A stretch of DNA of 64,000 nt, from assembly GCF_009914755.1 (NCBI RefSeq), contig NC_060931.1. The stretch is one strand, 5' to 3'. Position 1 is the first letter of the stretch; each line of letters opens with the position of its first letter. Positions 27,010-43,322 of the stretch are shown here, in pieces. Origin of the DNA: the human T2T-CHM13v2.0 reference genome, Homo sapiens. The translations under genes were made by a program, and so were the position numbers. The notes beneath the pieces were generated by a model. That model searched no databases. It had not been told where the DNA came from and was given only the letters and a program-made list of their open reading frames with translations.

Positions 27010-27225
27010 TCAGTGTTGTGGTTAGGAAGGAATATTATGCAGATTGCCTGGGTTTGAATCCTAGCTTACCAGATGACTTTGGACAAGTAACTTAAACTCC
27101 TTAAGACTCAGTTAACTCACCTGCAAAACAGAATTAAATAGTGTCAATTCATAGCATTGATATGAGGATTAACATGAAGAAATTAGGAGTGTCTGGCACA
27201 CAGCATTAATAAATTTTATTTATTT
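27010..27225 (+). mobile_element. MIR
   Basis: agattgcctgggtttgaatcctagct...tgactttggacaagtaacttaa...gtctggcaca. Confidence 0.75.
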
Positions 27226-28073
27226 TTAACAATAATTCATTGTTATTTTTATGCCATATGCCAATAAATTCCCAAAGACCTGGCAAGAAAAATGTTGAAA
27301 CTATGTTTTACTGTGCCTAGCACATTTTTGTTGATGCATGTGTAATATATACATAAATGCACAAAAAATGCACAGAGATCCATGTCTACATATACTTCTA
27401 TATTTTCCATCCCTTAAAGCAGGCATCTTATGAGAAAATAAAGTCATACTCAAAGAAGACAGGTAGTTCTCATCTTCCAGTGTGCTATTTGGCTAACAAT
27501 CCATCATTGCATTCATCTGGCAGTGTTTCAAAACATATCCCAAGCCGCAGAAGACTACTGAGCCAGAGGAGCATTGAGTCATAATTAGCTCAAGATTAAA
27601 GTTCACCAAGGAATGGATTCAAATTCAATTTAACATAAAAAGGCTTTGGAGGGAGGGATCATTGTGTTGAGATCTCAATGAAGCAAGCTTGCATTCTTGA
27701 TTATTGGAAACTCCTTGATAAAGAATCTCCCTAGATCCTTAAATGCTTTGTGCAGCTGGGGTTTGAGGTCATACTTTTCACTCCACTTGGTGTGGGAAAG
27801 AGAGTTGGCACATGTTCGTCTTGATCTACATGTAGCCCCAAAGCATTCTCAAAGAAAGAACAAAAGCATACATAATTGCCTTGCAAGAAATGTTTCTCAA
27901 CAATAAATTTCAGAGAGCAGTGCTATATCTAGGAGGAGAACATTACAAATACAAGTTGAATGATAAACCCCACTGGTCAGGGACAGAAAGTCTTATCAAA
28001 GGTCTGACAAAAGCTTTATGTTATCCACAGTTTAACAAAAGCCTACACATAAATATTTTTATCATAATGTTCT

Positions 28074-28201
28074 ACACACTTATACATATATATACACACA
28101 TATCTCTATACACATATACCTGTATAAGTATGTGCATATACTGAGTATATGTGTATATATATAATAAAATATGTGTATATACATGCATATATATATATAT
28201 A
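28074..28201. repeat. Degenerate TA/CA/TG simple repeat
   Basis: Seen directly. Confidence 0.85.
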
Positions 28202-30515
28202 AATAAAATAGTGGAAAATGTTCCATATATCCCAATAATGGGTCAGTACATATGAAATGAATACAAATTATGTTCTTATGTAATACAGAAGAGAAAAAGA
28301 AACCCATTAAGATAACTAGAGTAATGCAAATCTGTGTGCTTCCATATCATTTTAACTATAACCAAAGTGTAGGTTGAGGAGGAAGTTAAACCATAAATTA
28401 ATTAATTGTTTAGAATTACATTCCTCCCAAATTTTTGCATCATCCCACTCTGGCATTAGGATAGACAATAAGAGTTGATTATTAAAATGGTAATACTCTT
28501 AATGTTTTATAGATTGAAATTTATGATGCCCAAGAGCTTAAAGAAATGTTAAAGTTACCCTCAGACTTTACTTATAATACTCCAGGATTATTCCTTTGCA
28601 GCTAAGAATAAATATTTGAAGAAATAGGAAGTTTGGCACAGAGATTAGGCATAAATGAATATAATGGTAGTAAAATGACAGAGATGTGGATTTAGAAAAG
28701 CCGCAACCATACAAGAACACAAATCCTTAAATTCCAGTTCTATCTTCACATGGACCTTCTTAACATTGTTCATTCAACTGAAAAAATTTAGAAGCTTGAA
28801 GAATAAAAGACCAATTTGCCAATGTAGTTTTCTAACACTCCTTAAAAGAAGAGGGACAAAGTTTTAAGTATTAAGTGAACTTGTTTTAATCACCGATGGG
28901 AACAAGAGAACTGCATGGCCAAATCTAGTTTTGAAAAATTGGAACAAAAACATGTTTTAGGTTATTTTCATCAGAAGTGAGGTTTTACTTGAATTTGCTC
29001 TTTGTTTTTATATGTTATAGCTCAGATGTCTGTGGTAGGTTCCATTCTCCAATTTGGTATATATATATCCCATATATTGCATCTGTAGTAATAATTTAGT
29101 GCCAGGAATTGCTTTAGGCTTTTCAGGAATTAACTGTTCAAATGGTGTGCCCTTGGAAAATTACAAATCAGAGCATGGGCACTAACTGAATCAATGTAAT
29201 TGCCCTCTATTTGGTGTGGGTTTGTGTGTTGAAAAGATGTATAATCCTAACAAAAGTAGATGAATTGGGGACTAATAGAGGCACAATAAGGGAGATCAGA
29301 CTCTCTTTGCAGGGTCAATTAGAGACTGCTTGTGCAATTTCCCTCCTGTCTAATGGCCTTAATATGACCACATATTCTTATTATTGCTAGAAAGTTATTG
29401 AACATATGTAATCTGTGTATCTGCCTTTGTGGGTCCTTTCAATATTTCTGTTCAAGGCAGCTGCACTTGAAGCTTAAGGGTTTGCAGCTGTTGGAAGCTA
29501 TATCAGGAACGTGAGGGTTTGGCACTCATTTTCATAGTTCCTACTGTGTAGAAGTTTGGCAAGAACTGTGGAAAGGGTATGGTGACTTAAAGAATGTTTG
29601 CAAAACTTTCCCCCATCATTGTGGTTCTGAGCACATGAAGTATGGAGTTGAAGAATATAAGTGTGGTTATTTTGATTGGGGCATTTGGGTTCCACTTATA
29701 CAATTAACTATAAGGGCAAAACATTCTGAGATTCTGCTTAAATTTCGTTTTTTCCTTGATAAGTACAGTAAGAAGAATTCTGTGAAGTAGAGCTAAACGG
29801 TGTTTCATTTTCTCAATTCCAAAAACAGTTTTCAAAGCTTTAACATGATCATTCATACATATAGCATCTTTAAGGAACATATTAATGATGAGTAATCCTA
29901 AAAAAAATTTCAAGCTCATAAAACCATTTTATTCAATACATTAATTTGGGGAAAAATTATAATCCTCAAATCATCACATAGAAGATTTGAAGTCACTTTA
30001 GAAAAAAAACAGTCAGGGAGGATTAAAAAACATCACTTTAGAAAGAAAATTTAATGAATTTTAGCTTTGCCCAAAAAGGATATTTTGTAAAATTACCATA
30101 CTGTGATGTAGTGATATTTATGATGAGACTATTTAACTCCTATAAAGAAAAAGAAATAGTTAATATACTTTTACAATTTCTGAACATGAGATTATTATAA
30201 ACTATGAATCTCAATGCTCTTAAGAGGAAATTTGAGAAGGTGACATTTTCCTGGGTAGATTTTAAAATAATACATTAGAATAGATTAATAATTCAAAGAT
30301 ATCTCTATTTCTTGATTGATTATAGCATGTAATTAAAAGATATTTTTCAACTCTAGTAATTTTGAACTTAGTTTAGCCATAGAATCATACTAAATTCAGA
30401 ATGAATTTATCTAGATGGATATAGATATAAATACTTTGGAAATATTTGTGTCAGGTTAACTATGCTATTAATAAATTTGTAATTGTTTCAACATTTCTGA
30501 TGAAAATGCATCAAA

Positions 30516-30840
<325 letters not shown>

Positions 30841-31529
30841 TCAAATACATCAAAGTATACATATATACCTTTTAATATATATACTCTGAGGCATTTATTT
30901 ACATATTTGATAGATTTATATTTTTGGAGAAAATATTTACATTTCTCACTGAAAATATAATGATGCATAAAAACAAAATAGTAATTAGTAATAATCCTCC
31001 ATAAAAATATTTGGTATGTGAAAGGGAAATTACAATTCTTCTGATAGGCTTAATCTTGGTGATGGTTATATTTCCATGTACAAAGCAAAACAAAGAAAAA
31101 CAGATAAATGGATTCCTCAAAATTAGCTTTTCAAGCATATCAGTGGAATAATTTAACAAGTAAAGTTTCTGCTACACTTCATGTAGACATGATTTGCCAC
31201 AACATCAACCATATGGTATGCACATACTCTGTACTCTCCCTTGTTCCGGCTGTTAGCATGAGAGTGTATCCAACTAAGAAATTCATCTAGTACCACTTAT
31301 TAAGCATTTCTTATGTGTGAAATATTGGAGATTTAAATATTGTTTCCAAGTTGTTCTCTGTATGTTTGTTTTATCAATCTTCAAAGAATATTTCAGAGTA
31401 AGATTAGGTTTTCCACCTTTTAGAAAATACCATTAAACTCCAAGTCATTAAGATAATTTTTTTCTAAATTAAAAAATAAATCACAAGCAAGTTGTCAACA
31501 TTCTGATTCTTACACTAGTTCATAAATCT

Positions 31530-32480
<951 letters not shown>

Positions 32481-32739
32481 TTGAAGAAATTAAAAATAAT
32501 TCAGAAGGAATATAGGCCTTCTAATTATATTTTTCAAGTAAATGAACATTTCAGGGAAAATAAGATATCTACAAATGCAGGAATAAAGAGAACCTTATAC
32601 TCGTGTGCACACGTGTGTTTGTGTGTACAAATTTTTCAATAGACTTGCTTCAATTGTAAATTTTCCACATCTCTTGAACAAACACACTATTTGCTATGGT
32701 TGGCAATTACGTGTATAAACGATTAGTTGCTAATAGTAT

Positions 32740-33715
32740 TCTTAAAATTGAGGAATACGCATTGAGTTATGAGAATGCAAAGGAAGAAAATAATAATTCT
32801 ACCTGTAGACAGTGGGTAAGGAATTATAGAGATGAGGGATTTTGTGCCAGGCCTTGAATGGTGACAAAAGTTTCAGCAAGCACATGAATGGCAAAGAACA
32901 CTATAGGCTGTGCAAACTATGTGAGCAAAATTATGGCCTCCTGATTGTGCTTAGTGTATTTTTGAAATTTTAAGAGCTAGTTATGAGTGAATAATACAAC
33001 TAATGAGTATTTAATGAGCATTTACCAAGTATGCTTTGAAATGTACACTTTCATTTAATTCTCACAAGCATACCATGTAGGCACTACTGTTACCACTAAC
33101 ATTCATAGACCAGAGTGTTCCAAATGCTCAAACTAAGAATTAGAGCATTTTAGTAAATTTTGCATGAATGAATAGCAAAGGAATACATATATCTGAACTC
33201 AGACGCCCACAAACTTGACCATCAGGTTATAATTACTCTTGAGGAGTAGAGGCAGAAAGTGGTGAAAATAGAATTATAAATGGTAGTTGAATTGTGAGTG
33301 TATTGGATTCCATGTATAGGAGTTTAAACTTTGTCCTGTTGGCAACTGAAAACACTGGAAGGTCTACTCATAGGGTGATTATAATCCAATACAATTTTTA
33401 GAAAGATTTGTAGGGTGGACCATATGGAAAATTAATGAATGCAAATTGATTAAATTGCCTATGACTGCATTAAATTGCATATAACTGAGCTAGGCAGCTA
33501 GAAAACTTAAAGGTAATTTAATTCAGCCAGTTTCTAAAACTAAATACTGAGTGACTATGGAATCCTACTTCAAATTCTGCCAAATGCTGACTCTCTAAGG
33601 GAAATGTGTCTGGTGAGGATAAACTGGCTTTGAGAAATAGCTGAGGTGCTATGAGAAAGCCAAGTGGAGATGTCAATATAAAATTAGCAGTATGGATGGG
33701 GAGAGGAGGGCTAAC
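32740..33715 (-). mobile_element. Degenerate L2 with an embedded MIR (about 32995-33235)
   Basis: ggagtttaaactttgtcctgttggcaa, caagtggagatgtca; MIR tcatttaattctcacaa...gtaggcact. Confidence 0.5.
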
Positions 33716-33739
33716 TCATGATACAAATAGAAAAATTGT

Positions 33740-34045
33740 GACTGGGCACAGGGGCTTACTCCTGTAATCTCAGCACCTTGGAAGGCCGAGGGGAGAGGAG
33801 CTCAGGAGTGTAAAACAAGCCTGAGGAACATAATAAGACTTCATTTCTATGAAAAACAAAACAAAACAAACAAACAAAACAGTCACGTGTGGTGGCATGC
33901 ACCTGTATTCCTAGCTACTTAGGAGGCTGAGATGCGAGGATCACTTGATCCCAGGAGACTGAGGCTTTGCAGTGAGCTATTATCACACCACTGCACTCCA
34001 GTCTGGGCAACTGAGTGACACTTTGTTTCGGGGAAAAAAAAAAAA
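33740..34045 (+). mobile_element. AluJ (Jo-like)
   Basis: gaggatcacttga, gcagtgagctat; (CAAAA)-rich linker; TSD-like agaaaaattgt/agaaaatttgt. Confidence 0.9.
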
Positions 34046-34249
34046 GAAAATTTGTAATATTCATATAGACATTATTTAAAGAAAGAAGTAATCTGACTTT
34101 ACAAAAAATACATTAATACTTATGCAAAATATTTATTATATCAGAATATGGTTATTCCTGGCACTGCAATTTGTTCAAATGGAAATGTTTGTCCGTATAC
34201 TCAGTATGGATTTTTGACAATACTTTCAATATTATGAAGATAAACATTA

Positions 34250-34862
34250 GTGTTTCCAGCTAATGTTGCATAACAAGTAAGGGCCAGATTTACCCTTCCA
34301 CTTAAACAAACAGAAAAACAAACACAAAATACACACACACAAAATGGTTGACAGGCATTCAACAAAAGGTAGAGCAGAACTGTGATCTCTCAGAGAAGAG
34401 CAATTAATAAGGTGAGCCCTACAATTGCACCAAGGTGTTGCTTGGGAGCGGTATCCAGAGTGCAGTGCAGAGAAGGAGAGAAGACCCAAGAATTGAACAA
34501 AATTTTTACTGAGTTGAGGATATAGGACTAAGTTCCAAAAGGCCAATGCAGCTAGACTTTGCTGGTTAGAGTCACGAAAAAGACAGAGATGCACTTTTGT
34601 TGGTTAGAGTCACGGAAAAGAGAGAGATACACAGGGCAAGAGAGAGGCCTCTGTTTGTTTGCAGTGTGCTCTGTCCTCAAGTCTTTGGCTGACCACTGAT
34701 CTACTCAGGCGTGAGAGTAGACTACAAAACGAAGGAGAAAGAACTATTTTAAAAAAGAATAGGCAGAAAAATATCTGGAGCTCAAGGATTACGGTTCATG
34801 TTTCCATTATCTAGAGTGGGAAGCCTTCTTAGCACACTCAGCATTAAGTAGAATCCTTAGAT
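34250..34862 (+). mobile_element. Old L1MC-type 5' end/UTR
   Basis: ccagatttacccttcc, aggtgagccctacaattgc, ctgagttgagga, gcagctaga resemble the recalled L1MC 5' consensus. Confidence 0.65.
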
Positions 34863-35066
34863 TTACTCAAAATTCAAAACATCACTTTGAGAAACAGTGT
34901 TAGGGAAACAATAAGGCAAGGCACACACTGAAATAAAATATTTTGAAAACACATTCTGGAAAAACACTTTATCCAGAATACGTAAAGAACATCTACAACA
35001 CATTAATAATAATACTATTTAAACAGTGTCTAAAATATTTAAATAGACACTATACCAAAGAATATA

Positions 35067-36946
35067 CAGGTATACCTCAGAAATATTGAGAGTTCAGTTC
35101 CAAACCACTGCAATAGAGCAAATATCTCAATAGAGCAAGTCACAGGAGCTCTTTGTTTTCCCAGTGCATATAAAAGTTATGTTTACACTATACTGTAGTC
35201 TATTAAGTGTGCAACAGCATTATGTCCAAAAAAATGAACATACTTTAATTTAAAAATATTGTATTATTTAAAAATGCTAGCAATCATTTGAGCCTTAAGT
35301 GAATCATAATCTTTTTGTTGGTAGGAGGTCTTGCCTCCATGTTGATAGCTGCTGACTCATTAAGGTGGTGGTTGCTAAAGGTTGAGATGGCTGGAGAAGT
35401 TACTGAAAATAAGAAAACAATAAAATTTGCCACACTGATTGGCTCTTTCATTCACAAAAAATTTCTCTGTACCATGCAAAGCTGTTTGATAGCACTTTAC
35501 ACACAGTAGAACTTCTTTCAAAATTGGAGTCAATCCTTTCAAATCCTGCCACTGCTTTACAACTAAGTATATGTAATATTCTAAATCCTTTGTCATTTTT
35601 ACAATGATCACAGCATTGTCACCAGGAGTAGATTTATACTCAAGAAACCACTTTCTTATACACCCATAAGAAGCAACTCCTTATCCATTGGAGTTTTAAC
35701 ATGAGATTGCAATAATTTAGACACAACTTCAGGCTCTACTTCTAATTCTACTTCTCTTGTTATTTGTACCACATATGCCATGACTTGCTCCACGGAAGTC
35801 TTCAACACTTCAAAGTGATTCATGAGGGTTGGCATCAATTTCTTCCAAACTCCAGCTAATGATATTTTAACCTCCTCCCATGAACTACAAATGTTCTTAA
35901 TGACATGTAAAATGGTGAATCCTTTCTAAGCCAGGCATCGACATTTCTCCAGCTATTAAAGTCCTAGGCATCTTCTTCCATTAGACAGTTTTTTCATCTG
36001 CATTGAAAATCTGTTGTTTAGTCTAGTTACCTTTGTCAGTGATCTTAGCTAGACATGGATAACTTGCTGCAGCTTTTACGTCAGCACTTGCTGCTTCACC
36101 TTACACTTGTAAGTTATGGAGATGGCATCTTTTCTGAAACCTTGTAAACCAACCTCTACTAGCTTTAAACATTTCTTCTTCAGCCTCCTCATCTCTCTCA
36201 GCCTTTATAGAATTGAAGAGAGTTAGGGCCTTGCTCTGGATTAGGATTTGGTTTAAGGAATGTTGTGGCTGGTTTGATCTTCTATCCAGACCACTAAAAA
36301 TGTCTCTTTATTAGCAATTAGTCTGTTTTGCTTTCTTATCATTTGTGTATTCTCTAGAGTAGCACTTTTAATTTCCTTCCAGAACTTTTAATTTGCATTC
36401 ACAACTTGGTGAACTGCTTGGTGCAAGAGGCCTTGCTTTTGGCCTACCTTGGCTTTTTAAATTATTTATAGCTTTTTATTTAAAGTGAAAGATGTGTGAC
36501 CCTTCTTCCACTTGAACACTTAGAGGCCATCGTCAGGCTATTAATTGGCCTAATATCAATACTGTTGTGTCTCAGGGAATAAGGAGGTCTGAGGAAAGGG
36601 ACAGACATCGATAAATGGCTGGTCGGTGGAGCAGTCAGAACACACCAACATTTATCTATTAACTTTGCCGTCTTATATGGGCATAGTTTGTGATGTCCCA
36701 AAACAACTACAATAGTAACATCAAAGATTACTGATCACAGATCAACAAAACAACTATAATAATAGGGAAAAACTTTAAAATAATTCAAGAATTACCAAAG
36801 TGTGACACAGAGACATGAAGTGAGAACATGGTGTTGGAAAAATGGTGCCAAACGTTGCTTAACGCAGGGTTGCCAGAAACCGCTGGTTTGTAGAAAAGGC
36901 AATTATCTGCCACTTGCATAAAGAACAATAAAAGGAATAATTCCCA
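35067..36946 (-). mobile_element. Tigger1 (TcMar) with both termini and an internal deletion near 35927
   Basis: TA|CAGGTATACCTC terminus. Transposase remnants in ORFs 35375..35611 ([12 protein letters not shown]) and 35656..35838 (ELEVEPEVVSKLLQSH). 1.88 kb versus about 2.4 kb consensus. Confidence 0.92.
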
Positions 36947-37369
36947 TATAGTAATGGCAAATGAGCATATGAAAAGATGGTCACCATCATTACTCATGAG
37001 AGAAATAAAAATGAAAACAAAATGAGCTACTAATACACTATGGATAACACTAAAATGCTAATAACACCAAGTGTTTATGAAGATGTGAAATTTACCTGTA
37101 TTATTTGTGAAAATACAAAATTGTATAACTGCTTTGGAAAACAAGTCAGCAGTTTCCCATAAAAGTAAACACAGATTGCCTCATACCCAGGGAATCTCAG
37201 TGCTAGATATTTATCCAAAAGAAATGAAAACATGCATTTCCATAAAGACTTGTATTCAACTTTATTCTTAATAAACAAAAAAGGCAGCTTTATTCTTAGT
37301 AGGGAATAACTAAAAAACAAAACAAATTTCCATCAACTGATGAATAAATAAATTATGATATATTCATAA

Positions 37370-37731
<362 letters not shown>

Positions 37732-38519
37732 CTTCAAAGCTTTTTTTTAGTAAAAGAAGACAGCCACAACAGAATATATTCTCTATGATCCCTTTCTTAT
37801 GACGTTCTTGAAAATGCAAAGTTTGAGATTCATACAGCAGATGAGTGGCGAGCAGTAGCCAGAGATGAGATGAGGAAAGCGACTGCAAAAGGTATAAGGC
37901 AACTTTCAGAGTGATGGACATGTTTCAGGACATGATTGTATTGGCGCATAGATGATCATCTAAACCCATCAAAACTCACTAAATCGTACATTTGAAATTG
38001 GTAAATTTTATTGTATGTTTAAAACATTAATGAGAGTGTTGATTAGTAGAAGTGGGTGTGTGGGGGGCCAGGGAATGTATGGGGACTCTGCATTTTCTGC
38101 TCAATTTCACTGTGAACCTAAAACTACTCCAAAAAATGTCTCTTTTAAAAAAGTCAATAAAAAATGCTGCTGAATATTAAATTTCACTTATCAAAAAAAT
38201 TAATGTGGCTTTGCTAAACTCCTAATACCTTAATATTACAAAGGAAATAAATAACATTTATAGGATTTCTAATTAATTAAGCATTGTTTAAGTAGAAATA
38301 ATATATATGAGAAAATACTAAATATTTGTTAATATGTAGCCAAAGTTAAGATTAGTTTTCCCTCAGTAGATTACAAAATGTAAACTCTCTTAGCATTAGC
38401 TAACATTTCTGTTTACCTTTTTGGTTTAAGAGATTATTTTTGTAAAAATTATTATTTAGTATTTCTGAAGGTATGTTCTAAAATTTATAATTATCTTTTT
38501 CAGAAGAGAAACAATCATT

Positions 38520-39142
38520 AAAACATAAGAAGGAATATAGTAGTTACAGTGTTGGGTAAAAGCCAGACCCCTAAAGTACATACTGCATGTTTCCAGTTAC
38601 ATGAATTTCAAGAAAAGAACTAAATATAGTGATAAAAGTCAGAATCTCGGTTCTATTTGTGGGGCTAGTGTCTGGAGACTGGCATGAAAGAATCGCTGGA
38701 GTTTCCATAAACGTTCTGTATTTTGGCCAGGTGCAGTGGCTCACGCCTGTAATCCCAGCACTTTGGGAGGCCAAGGCAGGCTGATCATGAGGTCAGGAGT
38801 TTGAGACCAGCCTGGCCAACATGGTGAAACCCCGTCTCTACTAAAAATACAAAAAATTAGCTGGGCATGGTGGCAGGTGCCTGTGATCCCAGCTACTCAG
38901 GAGACTGAGGCAGGAGAATCGCTTGAAACCGGGTGGCGGAGGTTGAAGTAAGCCAACACTGCCTCACTGCACTCCAGCCTGGGCAAGGGAGTGAGACTCC
39001 ATCTCAAAAAAAAAGTTCTATATTTTTATTTCAGTAGTGGTTACTTGGATATGTGTGTGTGTACATGTGTGAGTTTCAAGTTGTGTAATTCATCAAGTTG
39101 TATAAGAATTGTTCACTTAGTCCATGTATTTTGTACTTAATT
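38520..39142 (+). mobile_element. L1ME 3' fragment interrupted by an Alu
   Basis: aaaagccagac...agtacatactgcatg...aagtcagaat...gttctatattt...gtggttac. Confidence 0.65.
38725..39014 (+). mobile_element. AluS (Sg/Sx3-like)
   Basis: gatcatgaggtcaggagtttgagacc. TSD aaacgttctgtatttt/aaaagttctatatttt. Confidence 0.93.
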
Positions 39143-39334
39143 TTTGAAGCACTTTTTTCTGTATAGGAGTTACATGATCTATTCATTTTTTGTCTGAAAA
39201 TCTATTAATTGCCCCTGGCTTCTTGTTCTTCATTTCGTCCCTTGGTAATACACCTCCATGTACGTTATGGGTTCAACTCTGCCATCTTTTTTCCTCCCTC
39301 CACTCCTTTCATCTTTCTTTCCTCTCTCCTATCT

Positions 39335-39660
39335 TTTCCTTAACAAATATTTTGGAAAACCTGCAATATCCTCAAATATGGTAGGTACTAGGGATTCAAA
39401 TGAATTGCTGAAATGGGTATTGTCCTGCTCTCATGGAGATTAAATTCTAGGAAAAGAGACTTAATAGTTTTCAGAAAACTCAAATAAATTGAGAAATGAT
39501 AAATTGTGCTAAAGGTAATGTGGGGTTGTGAGCAAGGCAGTGAGTTCACAGATGGTTTTCCTGAATAAGTGAGCATAGGTGAATGAAGAGGGGAGGAAGA
39601 CACTGGCTGCATAGCATACATGTGGACAGACACTGTGACCAGAGGAAAACATCAATATAA
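39335..39660 (-). mobile_element. L2 3' fragment
   Basis: taacaaatattt...gtcctgctctcatggag. Confidence 0.55.
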
Positions 39661-39884
39661 AAGAATAATGTCCCCCCTACTGCAACTGGCTTCACCAAAA
39701 CAGTACGCTCTCTGTTTATCTATGGCCTCCATATAAATTATTCCACCTGTATATTTTTCAAACCTGATCTTAACTGATAAGAGTGTTAAACCTTATTGTT
39801 AGCTTGTCTTAGAATAAGTTATAGGTCTTTTTTTTCCACTTTTTCAGTATAATCTCTAGACTTTCTCATATATATCTATGACTT

Positions 39885-40335
39885 CAATGAATAAGTCTTC
39901 AAAGATTTGTCCTAATTCTAACTCTAGCCCAGATTTTCCCTTTGCGCTCCAGATTTATAAATCTATCTGCCTTCTTGATGTCTCCAGGGTATATAAATAT
40001 ATCCAAATTGGAAAAAAAACATCCTCTCTGCCCCAAATCCCCCCAAATTGGCCTAATTACTAGTGTTCCCTATTTTGGTATCACGTCTGTTCTGACACAA
40101 AGCCAGAAAACTAAAATTTAACCTGGACATCTCTTTATTCTTTATGTTCCACATCAATATATTTCCATGACCTTTCAGATAACCTCTATTGTTTAGATTA
40201 AATGTTTCTCATACCAATTCATATTTCTTATTTTAATTGTCATTATCTTTGTTCATTCTACATCTCCTCCTTTACTGTGGCCCAACACACTTCCCAATAA
40301 CTTCTCGTGGTGCCTGATACATGATAGGGCCTGGC
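39885..40335 (+). mobile_element. L2 fragment
   Basis: ctctagcccagat...ctccaga...ctgccttcttgatgtctcc...caaagccagaaaacta. Confidence 0.55.
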
Positions 40336-41085
40336 TAGGTACTTTGCAGGGGCTAGGGAATGGGATAGTCGTTTCCTTTTAATCATATATAAAGCAGAAA
40401 ATTTTCACTGAAAACATAGTATATTTATAATATTTCTAATTGAATAAAAGTTTTATATGTTTAATAAGTTCATTTTTATTAAAACTGATTTATTTATACA
40501 ATTTGACATGCATTCTGTGGAAATGATAGGCCAATGACCCAAATTACATCTGCACAGATATTGTTACTGGGGTAATTGCATTCCATATTTTCTTGTATGT
40601 GAAGATGTGTTTACTAGTAAAAATGGATATATTCATCTTTGTTTTTCATTTACCTTGTTTAAAAATATAATGTCTGCTATATACCACATTAACTTCTAAA
40701 TTTATAATTCTTAGCAAGCATCATTAATGCTGCTTAAACCAAAGAATGATCAGAGCACAACTGTCTCAACAAACATCTAAATCCTTAAATTCTATATGGT
40801 TGCTATTTTATTTTCATAACTTGTATTTCTCAATTGTCTTTATCTCTCATTTATTATTTCCAAAGCTTCTTCATGTAACCGTTGAAACATAGTTAACATG
40901 ATTGGTCCTGACACTTGGTGTCCTTGAAGAGTTGCTTGTGATTGCGAAGTGTAAAAGTAAGGTGAGTTGTGTATATTTTGTGATTCTCCTTGAAGATTAG
41001 ATTATTTTCAAGACAGACTATTAATAGTATAAATACAAAGTTATATAAACTTAGGGAAACACACATGCATGCAGATGTACACATG

Positions 41086-41088
<3 letters not shown>

Positions 41089-41118
<30 letters not shown>
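41089..41118. repeat. (AC)15 microsatellite
   Basis: Seen directly. Confidence 0.97.
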
Positions 41119-41120
<2 letters not shown>

Positions 41121-41485
41121 CCTAAAATAACACACTAGAACATATTTTTGAGATACGCATCAGAAGCTTGTAGAGGGCAAAAATTCATTCATCGTGCTTA
41201 TATAAAGTCAATGCCAACATTTCTAATGATTCAGGTGGCTCTCAGTACTCCTTCCCGTCTTTCCCATCATAACATCCTTTTCCTCATTTACAGGTGGACT
41301 TGATGGTTTGCTTGGTTTCCTCCAAAGATGTCACACCTTGCGTAAGCCTTTGAAAAACATTGACAACAATTTGTCTTTACCAAATATTACATTAGAATTT
41401 GAGGGCTTTTTGATCTTTAACTCATCATGATAACTTTTACCTCCATATTCCGGAAAATGTAAACAGTATTTTGAAAATTTGACCA

Positions 41486-42576
41486 TCCTTATGGCAAAGG
41501 ATTCATAACCAGAATATATAAGGAGCTTAAAACATTCAATAGGAAAAAAAAATCAAATAATCAAATTCAAAAATGGATAAATATCTGAATAGATATTTTT
41601 CAAAAGAAGATATAAAAATGGTAAACGTGTATATGAAAAAGTACTCAACATTACTGATCATCAGAGAAATGAAAATCAAAACTAAAATAGGATATCATCT
41701 CACTCTAGTTAAAATGGCTATCTGAAAAGCAGATAATAAAAAATGTCAGCAAGGATGTGAAGTAAAGAGAACCCTTGTACACTGTTGGTGGGAATGTAAA
41801 TTAGTACAGCCACTACGGAGTATAACATTATGGAGGTTCCTCAAAAAACTAAAAATAGAACTACTGTATGATCCAACAATCCCACTGCGAGGTATATACC
41901 TGAAAGAAAGGAAATCAGTATATCAAAGGGATATCTGCATTCCCATGTTTATTGCAGCACTATTCATAATAGCTGAGGTTTGGAATCAACCTAATTGCTC
42001 ATCAGCAGATGAATGGATAAAGAAAATGTAGTATAGATACACAATGTATTATGCAGCCATAAGAAAAAAAAAAAAAGGTGAGATCCTGTCATTTGCAACA
42101 ACATGGATGGAACTGGAGGACCTTTTGTTAAGTGAAATAAGCCAGGCACAGAAAGACAAACTTTGCATGTTTTTACTCACTTGTAGGAGCTAAAAATTAA
42201 AACAATTGAGATAAAGAGTTAAAGAGTTGATTGACAGTTACCAGAGGCTGGAAAGGTTAGTGGAAAGTGGGAGAAGTGGGGATGGTTAATTGGTACACAA
42301 ATATAGTTAGACGATATGAATGAGATCTTGTATTTAATAGCACAACAGAGTGATTATGGTCAAATATAGTTTATGATACTTTTAAAAATAACAAAAAGAG
42401 TATAATTGGAATGTTCATATCACAAAGAAAGGATAAATGCTTGAGGTCATAGATACCCCATTTACCTTGATGTGATTATTACACATTGTATGTTGGTATC
42501 AAAATATCTCATGTACCCCATAAGTATATGCACCTACTATGTACCCATAAAAATAAAAATAAAAATAAAATAAAAA
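41486..42576 (+). mobile_element. 5'-truncated L1MA2/3
   Basis: ORF2 C-terminus plus 3'UTR ending cacctactatgtacccat(AAAAAT)n. TSD tgaaaatttgacca (41472-41485) / tgaaaatttggcca (42577-42590). Confidence 0.92.
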
Positions 42577-42983
42577 TGAAAATTTGGCCAAATTTTTAAA
42601 GTAGAACTATTTCTAGAATGAAGCAATAAACTATTTGCCCATATAGTCAGTATAGTGAGGGCCAAGACTGAACATGAGCTGTGAGGCATCTTAAGGGCCG
42701 TAGAATGTCTCAGGTACTTGATTATGTAACATGGATACAGTGTAGGGGAAAAGAAAGATACAGTTTCTTAACAATATACTGTTGTATTCTAAAAAATTCC
42801 AAGACTATCAGAAAGTAAGTAGATTGGAGTTAGATGGCCACATCAGTTATTATTCATTCATTACATCCACAACTATTTATTGAGATCAAATCAAGAAACT
42901 GATCTGTCATGTATGAAAAGGTATGAATAAGAATCTTTGGATTGGTAAAGATAAGTATCAAATTAATCTATACTAACTATTTA

Positions 42984-43322
42984 CAGTCATCCCTTAGTAT
43001 CCATGAGGGATTGGTTCAGGACTTCCAAGGATAACAAAGTCCACAGAATCTCAAGTCACAGATATAAAATGGCATAACATTTGCATACAACTTACGCACA
43101 TTCTCCCTTATATTTTAAATAATCACTACTTATAATACCCAATATAATGTAAATGTTATGTAAATAGTTTTTATATCATATTGTTTAGAAAATAATGACA
43201 AGAAAAATGTCTGTGCAAGTTCAGTGCAGACATAACCATCCAATTTTTTGGTCCCGAAGTATTTTTGATTCAGGATTGGTTGAATCCATGGATGCAGAAC
43301 CCATGGATATGGAGGGCTACTG
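42984..43322. mobile_element. MER2 (TcMar-Tigger MITE), full length
   Basis: TA|CAGTCATCCCTTAGTATCCATG...CATGGATATGGAGGGCTACTG|TA terminal inverted repeats with TA TSD. Confidence 0.92.
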